A DNA stretch of 64,000 nucleotides, from assembly GCF_018350175.1 (NCBI RefSeq), contig NC_058368.1:59336001-59400000 (forward strand), in the 5' to 3' direction. Below the pieces are notes generated by a model that had not been told where the DNA came from, ran no database searches, and was given only the letters and a program-made list of their open reading frames with translations. Shown here one piece after another: positions 1-12,289 of this stretch (position 1 is the stretch's first letter; the number at the start of each line of letters is the position of its first letter). The position numbers and the translations under genes are program-made. This DNA is from Felis catus. Taxonomy: Eukaryota.

Positions 1-102
1 GCAAAGCTAGACTCAGGGCCCCCATCCCACAAACTGTGAGATCATGCATGACCTGAGCTGAAATCAAGAGTTGAACGGTTAACCAAGCCGCCCAGGTGCC
101 CC
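1..102 (-). mobile_element. CanSINE (older subfamily), cut by window edge
   Basis: Reverse complement of the SINE 5' end: ...gagatcatg..acctgagctgaaatcaagag...cccaggtgcccc. Confidence 0.85.
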
Positions 103-1577
103 ATAAAATTTAGCTTTTAATGGCATTCCATTTCAGACTCATTGCTTCCTTCATGCGTCTTCGATTTCAGCTATTACTTTTTGTTTGTTTTTATCAAGGT
201 AAATATAAACATTATAATCAAACCAAAAAGCTGTAGGAAAAAAAATTCTTAAAACAGCCAAGTTATATGATCTTTTGGCCTGCATTTTTCTAATCATGCA
301 AAAATATCTAATTAAAATTGCAGTACGTTATTTTTAAATTTGCACTTGCTAACTGACCAAAATAATTAAATCTCATATTTTACTGAACTTTTACATTTTT
401 ATTCTACATATATGATATGTTTCAAAATAAATAACTTCCCACTTTAATTTCCAGATGAAACCTCTGTTTGCACATTATGATAAGAGAAACCTTTACAGAA
501 TGTCTCCAGAGAAAACTTAAAAGAATTTTAACAATGATTAGACAGACCCTAGAGTGTGGTTTAAGCATTAATTCAATTAGAGTCCCAATATAATTTTTAA
601 ATGGATGACTGAATTCCCTTCAATTATCCTGCATTTAGTAAACTTTCATGCTTTTATTTTTATTTGCCTTTTCCCTCTCATGTATTATAGAAATAATCCC
701 TTAGAAGACAGGACCTAATTAATTAGAATCTTCAAGGAATAATATGAACATTTCATTTATATTCCGATTATTTAAAGACTAATTATAAAGTCCTTTTTGT
801 TCCTATGCTCTGGGGGGGGGGGGATGTCTAAAACAACATTTTAATGACTAAGGAAAGTTTAATTCATAAATTTTTTATGATAATTTATTAAGTTATATTT
901 TCGTTCTGTGATCATTCTTAACGTTACTTTTATAGAATGAAGGAGTTTAAAATTTATATAAAAATGAATATAAGTTTATTAATAATTAACTGATCTCTTT
1001 GATTGTAACATCTTTTTTACACTAATATAATCTTTGAATATGCTCCTAGTCAATTAATATTTTCACATAGGTAAATGTTTAATTGGAATTCTACCTTTTT
1101 TTAAATAACTGTTTTAATGCCTATTATAATTTCAGGTATATAATTGACAATGAAAAGTGAACCTACAAATTGTAATAGATCTATAGATCTTATGAGTTAA
1201 CATTTTAAACAGAGGTGTGTGAAAATGCCACAATAATTTTGTTTATAGCCATATATCCGTGAATAGTATTAAAGAATGATTGTAGAACACGTTCTGAAAA
1301 GGAAAGTTAAATAATAAAATAAATGATATGTTTCCAAAATATCCAACACTTCTCTATTGCACAGTTTTAAAATTCTTTATTTTTCTTCTATATGTAAATT
1401 TTCTCCTAGGAATACAATCTATAATTGCATATATCATATTAATCTGTTATGTGTACTGCATTAGTCTGCTCTGTCAGCCATAACAAAATGCCATGGACTA
1501 GGTGACTTAAATAACAGAAATGTATTTCTCACAGTTCTTAAACCTGGGAAGTTAAAAATCAAGATGTCAGTATGGTC

Positions 1578-1655
1578 CTTTTCTTTTCTTTCCTTTCCTT
1601 TCCTTTCCTTTCCTTTCCTTTCCTTTCCTTTCCTTTCCTTTCCTTTCCTTTCTTT
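1578..1655. repeat. (TTTCC)n microsatellite in the SINE tail
   Basis: Roughly 13 tandem TTTCC units directly next to the SINE tail. Confidence 0.95.
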
Positions 1656-1878
1656 TTCTTCTTTAATGTTTATTCATTTTTGAGAAAGAGAGAGAGAGAG
1701 AGAGAGAGAGACAGCATGATCAGGGGAGGGGCAGATTAAGAGGGAGACACAGAATCCGAAGCAGCCTCCAGGCTCCTAGCCATCAGCACAGAGCCCGACA
1801 CAAACTCGAACCCACTAACAGTGAGATCATGACCTGAGCCGAAGTGGGATGCCTAGTGAGCTAAGCCACCCAGGCACC
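1656..1878 (-). mobile_element. CanSINE
   Basis: tttattcatttttgaga, (GA)n, gagatcatgacctgagccgaag...caggcacc; degenerate TSD tatggtc/tgtggtc. Confidence 0.95.
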
Positions 1879-2147
1879 ATATTGTGGTCAGTTTCTGATG
1901 AGAGCCGTCTTCCTGGCTTGATGGTTGCCTTCTCAATGTGTCCTTACATGGCGAGGAGAGGGAGCTCAGTTGTTGCTTTCTCTTTACAATATGAAAGGCA
2001 CCAGTCCTGTCTGATTAAGCACCCCCTCCCCATTCCCAACCCCTTGCTGCTCCCCTATGATCTCATTTAACTTTTATCACCTCCTCACAGGCCCTGTCTC
2101 TAAATACAATCATGTTGGGTTGGGAGTTAGGTGTTCAACATACAAAT

Positions 2148-2343
2148 TTCTTTCCTCTCCCCTCCCCTCCTCTTCCTTCCCTCCCCTCCCCTCCCCTCCT
2201 CTCCCCTCCATTTTCCTTCTTTTCTTCTATTCTATTCTATTCTATTCTATTCTATTCTATTCTATGCTATTCTATGCTATTCTATGCTATTCTATGCTAT
2301 TCTATGCTATTCTATGCTATTCTATGCTATTCTATTCTATTCT
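2148..2343. repeat. Compound microsatellite (CCCCT-like)n, (TCTAT)7, (TCTATGCTAT)7, (TCTAT)2
   Basis: Tandem units read directly. Confidence 0.95.
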
Positions 2344-3739
2344 TTCCAGGATTCTCTTGAGTACATATTCACCATGATTATTTTTAAAAAATGGTAGGAA
2401 TAATTTTGGAAAATGCATATAATACAGTATTTTACATAACCAGTAGTATTTTTCCTGTAGTTCAGCAGACTTAAAATGTGTTACATCTTCTTTGAAGAAT
2501 GGCAGATAAAAATGGTCCACGTTGTCCTGTAAGAATAAAACTAATAAAACTAATATTTTAATTTTTCTTCAGATAGCCTTTATGGTTATGCCAATTATTT
2601 TTAATTATATGGTATCAGATCACTGCTCTCATGATGATTATGATGATGAAGAAGATAATGAATATAGTAATTAATATATGGTGAGAATTATATGTATAGG
2701 TTATGTAAAATATTTTATATGGATCATCTTATCCACTCTGTCCACTACTCAATGATATGTTTATTATCATTATGGAATTTTTTGCTTTGGAAAGATTAAG
2801 AAACTACTCTATAGTCACATATCTAGAAAAATAGGAGAGGCTTTGGAAAAAAACATTACTTTCTACCAAAGATTATGTCCTTAACCCCTTGCTGTAGTGT
2901 CTACCCAAGAAGTTTTCTGAGTTAAAATTGATACTTTGGGTTACATTACATTTATGGCTATCATATATGTTGTGATCCAGTAATGTATGGATAATTGCAT
3001 ACTTGAAGATAAAATAACAATAGAGGAATTTGCTGATAGAGTACATAGCTTTCAGTTAATAAAATATTGAGACATTATGTTTGAAAGACAAAAAATGGGC
3101 AGGATAATTCTATAACTTATTTAAATAATATATAGTATTTGAAAAACCCAGAGAATTGATCTCATATATTAAATTAAAACCAGGAATGAAGTTGTGTTCT
3201 AGATAGAATGCAGGATGCTAGGAATAGCATTGGTCCCATAATTACAGAAAAAAAAAAAAAAAGCTAGATAAAACTTCAACCCATGGATCCCATGGCAACA
3301 GAGCACCCTGATTTCTATGGAAAATTTGATGCCACCAAGGAGAGACAGAACTGAAACGCTGTATCACGTGACAGAGTATGAGAAGAAAAAATGCAGGGCA
3401 CCAGAGAAGAGATGTTGGGCACCATAGAAACAAGTAAGAATTTGGCTAAACTTTTCAACAATTGCTAATGGTAGAGAGAGTGTAAGCTAACATAGAAACT
3501 CTGGAATCAAAGACATAAGTGAAGTTAAAACATTTCGACAGTCTATTCACCCAGGATTGCCACTTGGTACTTACAAGAAATACCGTGGACAGGGAAGAAA
3601 TTCAGATAAAGACTATCTAGCTGGTGAGGTTTGCAGAAGATAGTGGCTACCACTCCAACAAAGACAGAGCATGCCTCCTTTATCCCCAGAGTTTTCTTCC
3701 CTAAAAAAATAAAAGCCTAAGTCACTAGGGAAAGTGTAT

Positions 3740-3918
3740 GGGGTGGAGAGGAGAGAGATGTGGTTATCTACAAAGTGGCAAGAAGGAACTTTGGAGAAGG
3801 ATGTAACTGTTCTATATCTTGACATTGATGATGTAATTATATACATTTTTCAATAACATAGAATTCTACACTCTGAAGGGTCAATTCACTCTATGTAAAT
3901 GATACCTGTATAAGTCTG
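3740..3918 (+). mobile_element. Ancient L1M (L1MB/L1ME-type) 3' UTR fragment
   Basis: ggaactttggagaaggatgtaactgttctatatcttg...tatgtaaatgatacct resembles old L1 3' ends. Confidence 0.6.
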
Positions 3919-4353
3919 TTTTACCCAATCCATAAATTTGAAGCAAGTTGTTACTTCAGTCAGTGTGAATCTGTGGTTAAAATACATGGGTCAAGTTATA
4001 ATATCTATATACAAGAAAATAATTTTATTTATTAAAGACATAGTGAAAGATTACTCGATTATATTTATAGAAAAGCAATAAATTATGTCATAAATATTTG
4101 AAAACTAAGTAATATTAGTGTTGCTGCTTCCTTTTAAATGCCTATGTAGATGTCATCTTATCACATATTATTAAATTGTCAACAGTTTTTTTTTTAATGC
4201 ACTGAGTTTGTGTGAACCTTACGCCCATAAATAAAAGATCCATTTAAGTAATTATTTGCAGTTTATCTGATCAGTGTTAGTTGATAACATACTTGCTTAC
4301 TAAGATGCATTTCTCAGTGCAGATAACCTTATTCTCTAAAAATGACATACTTT

Positions 4354-4587
4354 GGGGCGCCTGTGTGGCGCAGTCGGCTAAGCGTCCGACTTCAGCCAGG
4401 TCACGATCTCGCGGTCTGTGGGTTCGAGCCCCGCGTCGGGCTCTGGGCTGATGGCTCGGAGCCTGGAGCCTGTTTCCGATTCTGTGTCTCCCTCTCTCTC
4501 TGCCCCTCCCCCGTTCATGCTCTGTCTCTCTCTGTCCCAAAAATAAATAAACATTGAAAAAAAAAATTAAAAAAAAAAAAGAGAAAA
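4354..4587 (+). mobile_element. CanSINE, young felid subfamily (SINEC_Fc type)
   Basis: ggggcgcctg..ggcgcagtcgg start, CpGs retained, (CT)n, A tail; perfect 16-bp TSD aaaaatgacatacttt at 4338-4353 and 4588-4603. Confidence 0.98.
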
Positions 4588-5539
4588 AAAAATGACATAC
4601 TTTTCTAATGCTGAAACTGATACATTTTTAAACTACATAGCATTAAAATGGTAGCCCTTGGATTTATAATCAGAGATAATATAAAAAAGAAAGTTAAAGT
4701 TAACAAATAATAGGGCTAGGGTAATGAACAGAAGTCTGAGGAATCTGTTTTTTTCTCTTTGTAAAACTGATATGAGGGTCTGTTAGGTTCTCTAAATTTA
4801 AGAAACCTAAATATGTTTGTCTTGTGTGGACTTGGGTTTCTCACTTCAGAAATATGATACTGGATTTGATTTTTGATTTTTTGTGTAATTATTTTATAAC
4901 AAATTATACTCTTTTGTTGCTTATAGCAAATGTGTATAAACATATTACTTTTGCTATTACTACTTTGAATTCATCAATACTGAATGTAACCATCAGGTAA
5001 ATGGAACTATCATCAGGTTTTCTTTTTCCTAGTTAAGATAAAAACACCTGAGACATTTCATCCTCTTTTGTGTTCTCCATCTCCCTCTTTTGTTGGATGA
5101 TTAGTAGAGTCATGATTGCATACTTTAGTGTCACTCACCTACCTATATATAGATGTGTGTATGTATGTATCCAGCTGTCATCTACCCTTATCTATCTGTC
5201 TCATCATTATGCATCACTGTGTTTATTTTCTTCTCTCATCTGCTTGTAAGTGAAATTAGGATTCTGTCTCTATCACTCTGCCAAACTTGTTTTGTTGAAT
5301 TAACAAAAATTTTCATATTGTCAAACAAAGTCTTCAAATTTCTACTTTCATATTAATTGAATACACAGAAGTATTTGGTATAATTCACTCCTTTCTGGAA
5401 ACATATTTTATTTTCCTCAATTACTTTACCATATCTCCAATTTCATCATTTTTTTTTTCTGGCTAAATTTCCTCTTCTTTACCTGATTACTAAAACTCCA
5501 AGAATCATTCCTGAATCCTTTTTCCTTTAATTATTTTTT

Positions 5540-5870
5540 TTATTGGAGATAATTTTAGATTCACATGCAGCTATAAGAAATAATAATCAAGAGATCTTTG
5601 CATGTAGTTAGTGTTTCTGGCTTGCTTGCTTCTTCAGCAACAAGTCTTGTATGCATGAGACAAAACAAAAACAAACACAAAAAAAACCCCAGGATACTTG
5701 CCATAGTGTCATTGCTTGAGTCTGGAGGTGCTTATTGGTCTATCATTTTATTTCAATATTCCAGACTCTTCATATGTTTGTTTTATATATAATGTTTAGG
5801 GTTTAAGTTACTCTTAGTGGAGGAGTAGAGAAATGTCTATCTATTACATATCCCCCAAAGTACAAGTCCA
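5540..5870 (-). mobile_element. Degraded L1MC/L1M fragments
   Basis: gataattttagattcacatgcagctataagaaataat and following sequence resemble old L1 ends. Confidence 0.45.
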
Positions 5871-5914
5871 TTCCTCCTTTTTAATTAAAAAAAAATTAAT
5901 AGACTTTATATTTT

Positions 5915-6150
5915 ATTATTTTTTGTTTATTTTGAGAGGGTGAGGGGCAGAAAGAGAGGTTTATTTATTTTGAGAGAGACAGACAGTGAGAGTGGGAGAG
6001 GGTCAGAGAGAGGTGAGAGAGAATCCCAAGCAGGCTCCACACTGTCAGCGCAGAGCCTTATGAGGAGCTCAGTACCATGAACCATGAGATCATGACCTGA
6101 GTGCAAATCAAGAGTCGGATGCTTACTTCACTGAGCCATCCAGGCACCCC
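5915..6150 (-). mobile_element. CanSINE (older) with duplicated 3' end
   Basis: gaatcccaagcaggctccacactgtcagc...caggcacccc; TSD actttatatttt. Confidence 0.93.
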
Positions 6151-6509
6151 TACACTTTATATTTTAAAACAGTTTTAGGTTAACAATAAAAGTGAGTGGA
6201 AAAAACATAGAGTTGTCATATATGTCCTGCCCTAACATATATTTCCTGCCTCCCTCATTATTAACATCCCCCAACAGAGTAGTACATTTATTACAATTGA
6301 TGACCCTATGTTGACATAATATTACCCAAAGTCAATAGTCTATATTATTTTTCATTTCTGGTATTGTGCTTTCTATAGGTTTTGACAAATGTATAAGGAC
6401 ATATCTCCATCATTATAGTATCATACAAAATAAATTCACTTTTAAAAATATTCTTGCTCCACCCATTTATTCTTACTTCCTCCTAATGTCTGGCAGCTAC
6501 TGATCTTTT

Positions 6510-8970
6510 TTTTTTTAACTTTACTTTTTAAAATTTACATCCAAATTAGTTAGTATATAGTGAAGCAATGATTTCAGTAGATTTCTTAATGCCCCTTACC
6601 CATTTAGCCCATCCCCCCTCCCACAACCCATCCAGCAACCTTCAGTTTGTTCTCCATATTTATGAGTCTCTTCTGTTTTGTCCCCCTCCCTGTTTTTATA
6701 TTATTTTTGTTTCCCTTCCCTTATGTTCATCTGTTTTGTCTCTTAAAGTCCTCATATGAGTGAAGTCATATGATTTTTGTCTTTCTCTGACTAATTTCAC
6801 TTAGCATAATCCCCTCCAGTTCCATCCACGTAGTTGCAAATGGCAAGATTTCATTCTTTTTGATTGGCGAGTAATACTCCATTGTATATATATACACCAC
6901 ATTTTATTTATTCATTCATCCATCGATGGACATTTGGGCTCTTTCCATACTTTGGCTATTGTTGATAGTGCTGCTATAAAATGGGGGTGCATGTGTCCCT
7001 TCGAAACAGCATACATGTATCCCGTGGATAAATGCCTAGTAGTGCAATTGCTGAGTTGTAGGGTACTTCTATTTTTAGTTTTTTGAGGAACCTCCATACT
7101 GTTTTCCAGAGTGGCTGCACCAGCTTGCATTCCCACCAACAATGCAAAAGAAATCATCTTTCTCTGCATCCTCGCCAACATCTGTTGTTGCCTGAGTTGT
7201 TAATGTTAGCCATTCTGACAGGTGTAAGGTGGTATCTCATTGTGGTTTTGATTTGTATTTCCCTGATGATGAGTGATGTGGAGCATTTTTTCATGTGTTG
7301 GTTGGCTATCTGGATGTCTTCTTTGGAGAAGTGTCTATTCATGTCTTTTGCCCATTTCTTCACTGGATTATTTAGTTTTTGGAGGTTGAGTTCGAGAGTT
7401 CTTTGTAAATTTTAGACACTAACCCTATATCTGCTATGTCATTTGCAAATATCTTCTCCCATTCCGTCAGTTGCCTTTTAGTTTTGCTGATTGTTTCCTT
7501 GGCTGTGCAGAAGCTTTTTATTTTGATGAGGTCTGAGTAGTTCATTTTTGCTTTTGTTTCCCTTGCCTCTGGAGACGTGTTGAGTAAGAAATTGCTGCGG
7601 GCAAGATCAAAGAGGTTTTTGGCTGCTTTCTCCTCGAGGATTTTGATGGCTTCCTGTCTTACACAGAAGTCTTTCATCCACTTTGAGTTTATTTTTGTGT
7701 ATGGTGTAAGAAAGTGGTCCAGGTTCATTCTTCTGCATGTCACTGTCCAGTTTTCCCAGCACCACTTGCTGAAGAGACTGTCTTTATTCCATTGGATATT
7801 CTTTCCTACTTTGTCAAAGATTAGTTGGCTACACGTTTGTGGGTCCATTTCTGGGTTCTCTATTCTATTCCATTGATCTGAGTGTCTGTTGTTGTGCCAG
7901 TACCATACTGTCTTGATGATTACAGCTTTGTAGTATAGCTTGAAGTCTGGGATTGTGATGCCTCCTGCTTTGGTTTTCTTTTTCAAGATTGCTTTGGCTA
8001 TTCAGGGTCTTTTCTGGTTCCATACAAATTTTAGGATTATTTGTTCTATCTCTGTGAAGAATGCTGGGGTTACTTTGATAGTGATTGCATTGAATATGTA
8101 GAATGCTTTAGGTAGTATCGACATGTGAACAATATTTGTTCTTCCCATCCAGGAGCATGGAATCTTTTTCCATATCTTTGTGTCTTCTTCAATTTCCTTC
8201 ATCAGCTTTCTATAGTTTTCAGTGTATAGATTTTTCACCTCTTTGGTTAGATTTATTCCTAGGTATTTTATGGTTTTTGGTGCAACTGTAAATGAGATTT
8301 ATTCCTTGATTTCTCTTTCTGTCACTTCATTGTTGGTGTGTAGGAATGCAACCAATTTCTGTTCATTGATTTTATATCCTGCGACTTTGCTGAATTCATG
8401 AATCAGTTCTAGCAGTTTTTTGGTGTAATCTTTTGGGTTTTCCATGTAGAGTATCATGTCATCTATGAAGAGTGAAAGTTTGACCTCCTCCTGGCCAATT
8501 TGGATGCCTTTTATTTCTTTGTGTTGTCTGATTGCAGAGGTTAAGACTTCCAATATTATGTTGAATAACAGTGGTGAGAGTGGACATCCCTGTCTTGTTC
8601 CTGACCTTCAGGGGAAAGCTGTCAGTTTTTCCCCATTGAGGATGATATTAGCATTGGGTTATTCATACATGGCTTTTATGATCTCAAGGTATGTTCCTTC
8701 TATCCCTAGTTTCTTGAGGGATTTTATCAAGAAAGGATTCTGTGTTTTGTCAAATGCTTTCTCTGCATCTATTGAGAGGATCATACGGTTCTTGTCCTTT
8801 CTTTTATTGATGTGATGAATCATGTTAATTGTTTTGCAGATATTGAACCAGCCCTGTATCCCAGGTATAAATCCCACTTGGTCGTGGTGAATAATTTTTG
8901 TAATGTATTGTTCAATCCGGTTGGCTACTATCTTGTTGAGGATTTTTACATCCATGTTCATCAGGGAAAC
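6510..8970 (-). mobile_element. 5'-truncated felid LINE-1 (RT region, C-terminus, 3' UTR, poly-A)
   Basis: ORF2 peptides [44 protein letters not shown] tail at 6506; degenerate TSD actgatctttt/actggtttttt. Confidence 0.97.
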
Positions 8971-9589
8971 TGGTTTTTTTTATTGCCTGAATAGTTTTGC
9001 TTTTCATAGAGTGACATATAGTTGGACACTTGCTGTATGGAGCCTTTTCAGATTGGCTTCTTCTACTTAGTAATTTGCATTCATATACCTCCATGTCTGT
9101 TGACAACTTGATAGTTCATTTATTTTTAGTGCTTATTAATATTCTATTGTCTGGATATGACAGTTTACTTATCCATTTGTCTACTATAGGAGAACTTGGT
9201 TGATTTTGAGTTTTAGCAATTATGATTCAAAATGCTGTAAACATGGATGTGCAGGTTTTTTTGTAGATAATATAAGTTTTCACCTCCATTGGATAGATGC
9301 TCAAAGAGTATGATTTCCGGATCATGGGGTAAGATTATGTTTAGTTTCATAAGAAAATGCAAAACTGTCTTCCAAAATGACTATACCATTTGCATTCCTG
9401 CCAGCAAGGAATGAGAGTTCCTGTTGCTCCACATTCTCAATAGCATTTGCTATTGTCACAGTCCTTTTGTGTTTTTTTTAAGTCCTTTTGTTTTTAATAT
9501 GTATTTTTTTAATCACAGGGAATTATCTTCTAGGTATTTGGTGTTTCATAGAGTATGCAGACTTATGTTTCCCAGGTCACAGCTAGCAT

Positions 9590-10150
9590 GGTGTTAGCAA
9601 TGTATCTCTGTAGAGCAAAAAACAAAAACAAAAACAAAAAACCCCCACAATTTTATATACATAATATATATGTATGCATATATAACTATATAATGCATGT
9701 ATAATATAATATAATAATATATTATATAATATATTATATAATATATAATAATATAATAACTATTTAATATGATTCTGATTCTATGAGTCAGAATTTGGGC
9801 TTCACTAAGTTGTGTGGTTCTTGTGAGAATCTCACCAGAGATAATTTAGGCAGTTATATTTTGTTAGCATTTTCCAGTCAGACATGAAAATAGAGGAAGA
9901 TTCAGTTTAGAAAGCTATTCTCTCCACATTTCCCCCCAGTAATCTGGCCTGAAGGTATTCATATGGTAGACTTATAGTACAATGAGGTAAGAAGCCCGGT
10001 GCATAAGGCCTTTCTCAGCCTCTGTTTGCACCATGTTTATCAATGTATACTCGAGCAAAACATTTAATATGGCAAAGCTAGGATCAATGTGGGAAGAGAC
10101 TACAGTGAATCAAGAAAGCTTAATTCATAGGGCAATTGTAACATTCCACA
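9590..10150 (-). mobile_element. Old MLT1 (MLT1I/J/K-like) LTR containing an AT-rich low-complexity tract (9650-9770)
   Basis: gattctatgagtcagaatttggg, aggcctttctcagcctctgtttgcaccatgttt, caatgtgggaagagactaca. Confidence 0.55.
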
Positions 10151-10199
10151 AACACTGACTTTTTGTCAGAATCCAGTTAGGTACGTAATATCACCAATG

Positions 10200-11030
10200 A
10201 ACTATCTAATAAAAGTCTTAAAACTGACATCATAAAAACTGACTTGTTGGTTGCCCTCATCCTCCCAAATCTGTTTCTCATCTTGGTAGATGGTACACTG
10301 TGAACCCATTGTTCAAACAGAATGAAAGTTCATTGTATCTCTTTATAGTCTTTCCATCTTTACTGTTGTTTTGTTATTCCAAGTCACCATTTTTTAATAT
10401 TGTCATTTCTTAAATTGTTGCTGTTATTAACCATTATCTGAAGAGCATTAGTGTACTCCTTTAAAATGTGAATTGGAATATGCTATACATCTGGTTAGAA
10501 TTCTCCAATGGGTTAAAATCACCTTGGAGCTAAAATTAAAATAATGTGCCCAGCTTATGCTGAGTTTTTGCTATCTGATGTTTGCCTAACAGAATGACCT
10601 CATTTCCTCTCAATTTCCACTCAGCCTTCTTTTCTTCCCCCAGCTTTCAAACTCCTATCCATCTTAAGAACCTTCCAAACTTTTTCTCTTGGTTTTCAGG
10701 GATTTTATTTCTTCCTTTAAAAAGATGTCAGCAGAAAGTGATCTCCTCAGAGAGGACTTTTTCTTACATAAAAGTTTGAAAGTACCCCTGTTCTGCCTAT
10801 CTCTATCCAGTTGTCCTGACTTATTTTCTTTGTAATGCTTATCATTACCTGAAATAACCTTAATCATTATTGCATGTTTCGCACTAAAGAACAAGCTTAT
10901 AAATTGCTGTTCCTTTGTCTGTCTACTTTACCCTATTATCCTTAAAACAGTTATGCTTATTTTATGCTTATTACTGTGCTTAAAATAATTCCTGACAAGT
11001 ATAGGAGCTCTCTAAATATTGGTAACATTA
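10200..11030 (+). mobile_element. L2 remnants
   Basis: Degraded L2 3' motifs, e.g. gatctcctcagagaggacttt and aagtataggagctctctaaatattgg. Confidence 0.5.
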
Positions 11031-11054
11031 ATTAGTATAAAATACTTAAATGCT

Positions 11055-11705
11055 TTGATGTTCAGTTTTATCTGTAAAGTCTCCCAGGCTGGAATACCCA
11101 GTTATTCAATAGTTATTCAATCAAGCACTAATACAGATGTTCTATAAAGGTATTTTGTGTGTGTGTGTGTTTTAAGTTAATTTATTTATTTTGAGAGAGA
11201 GAGATAGGGAGAGAGAGAGAGAGAAAAAATCCCAAGCAAGCTGTCACACTGTCACTGCAGAGCCTGATGTGGGGCTCAGTCTCACCACTGTGAGATCATT
11301 ACGTGAGCAGCAATCAAAGAGTCAGATGCCCAACCAACTGAGCCACCCAAGCACCTCTGTAAAGGTATTTTGTACATCTGATTAACATCTAAACCCCATT
11401 GGCTTAGAGAAATAAGATTATACTGGAAAATCCAGATGGGCACAGTCTAATCAGTTTAGATGCCCTAAAAGCAGAATTGAGAATTTTCTGAAGAAATTTC
11501 GCTTTGGACTGTAGTCTCAGTTCCTGCTTGTTTCCAACCTGCCCTTCTTGTGACCTGCCATAAGGTATTCAGAGTTGACTAGCCAGCCATAATCACATGA
11601 ACTAATTCCTTTCAATAAATCTTCTCTCTTCCTTTCCTTCTAGCCCACCTCCCCTTCTCTCTTTCTCTCTCCCTCTCTTTCTCTCTATAATCTACTAGTT
11701 CTGTT
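11055..11705 (+). mobile_element. MLT2 (ERVL) solo LTR, SINE-interrupted, 3' end lost
   Basis: cccagttattcaatcaagcactaat..., agattatactggaaaatccagatgggc, aatcacatgaactaattcctttcaataaatct(CT)n...ctactagttctgtt. Confidence 0.8.
11160..11356 (-). mobile_element. CanSINE (older)
   Basis: 17-bp TSD ct(a/g)taaaggtattttgt at 11143 and 11357. Confidence 0.95.
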
Positions 11706-12289
11706 AGTAAAGTCAGAGGATACAGAATCAACCTACAGAAATCTTTTACGTTTCTGTATACCAATAATGAAGCAGAAGAAAGAGAAATCAAGGAGTCAAT
11801 CCCATTTACAGTTACACCAAAAACAGTAAGGTACCTAGGAATAAACCTAACCAAACAGGTAAAAGGTCTGCGTTCTGAAAACCATAGAACACTTATGAAA
11901 GAAATTGAAGAGAACACAAAGAAATGGAAAAACATTCCATGCTTATGGATTGGAAGAACAAATATTGTTAAAATGTCTGTACCACCCAAAGTAATCTACA
12001 CATTGAATGTAGTCCCTATCAAAATACCACCAGCATTTAAGACAGAGCTAGAACATTCTTAAAATTTGTATGGAAACACAAAAGACAACAAGAAGCCAAC
12101 TGGACAACAATATGCAAAAGAATGAAATGGACCACTTTCTTATACCCTACACAAAAATAAATTCAAAATGGATGAAAGACCTAAATATGAGACAGGAAGC
12201 CTTCAAAATCCTAGAGGAGAACACAGGCAACAACCTGTTTGACATCAGCTGTAGCAACTTCTTACTAGATACATCTCTGGGCACAAGAC
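11706..12289 (+). mobile_element. Internal carnivore L1 ORF2 fragment with internal deletion, no poly-A
   Basis: Encodes [49 protein letters not shown]. Confidence 0.92.

Larger units (their letters stand above)
1455..2147 (-). mobile_element. MLT1 (ERVL-MaLR) solo LTR, interrupted by a CanSINE
   Basis: MLT1-type motifs ttaaataacagaaatgtatttctcacagttct, tgtgtccttacatggcg, tgatctcatttaac, gttaggtgttcaacatacaaattt. Confidence 0.75.
5890..9460 (-). mobile_element. L1MC1-like 3' end hosting a nested SINE (5915-6150) and a felid L1 (6510-8970)
   Basis: cagttttaggtt..., aacatcccccaacagagtagtacatttattacaattgatgac..., resumes at 8975 with atagttttgc...gccttttcagattggcttctt. Confidence 0.8.

Noticed and set aside
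2057..2397. Three overlapping ORFs with repeating ILFYS/MLFYA peptides
   Set aside because: Translation of a stop-free microsatellite
4277..4557. Recurrent ORFs such as MAQSVKRPTSAQV and GQRETEHERGRG at many positions
   Set aside because: Chance reading frames of CanSINEs, not genes
7083..8994. + strand ORFs of 60-190 aa over the L1s (also 46522-51287)
   Set aside because: Antisense frames of L1 ORF1/ORF2, typical of L1 composition
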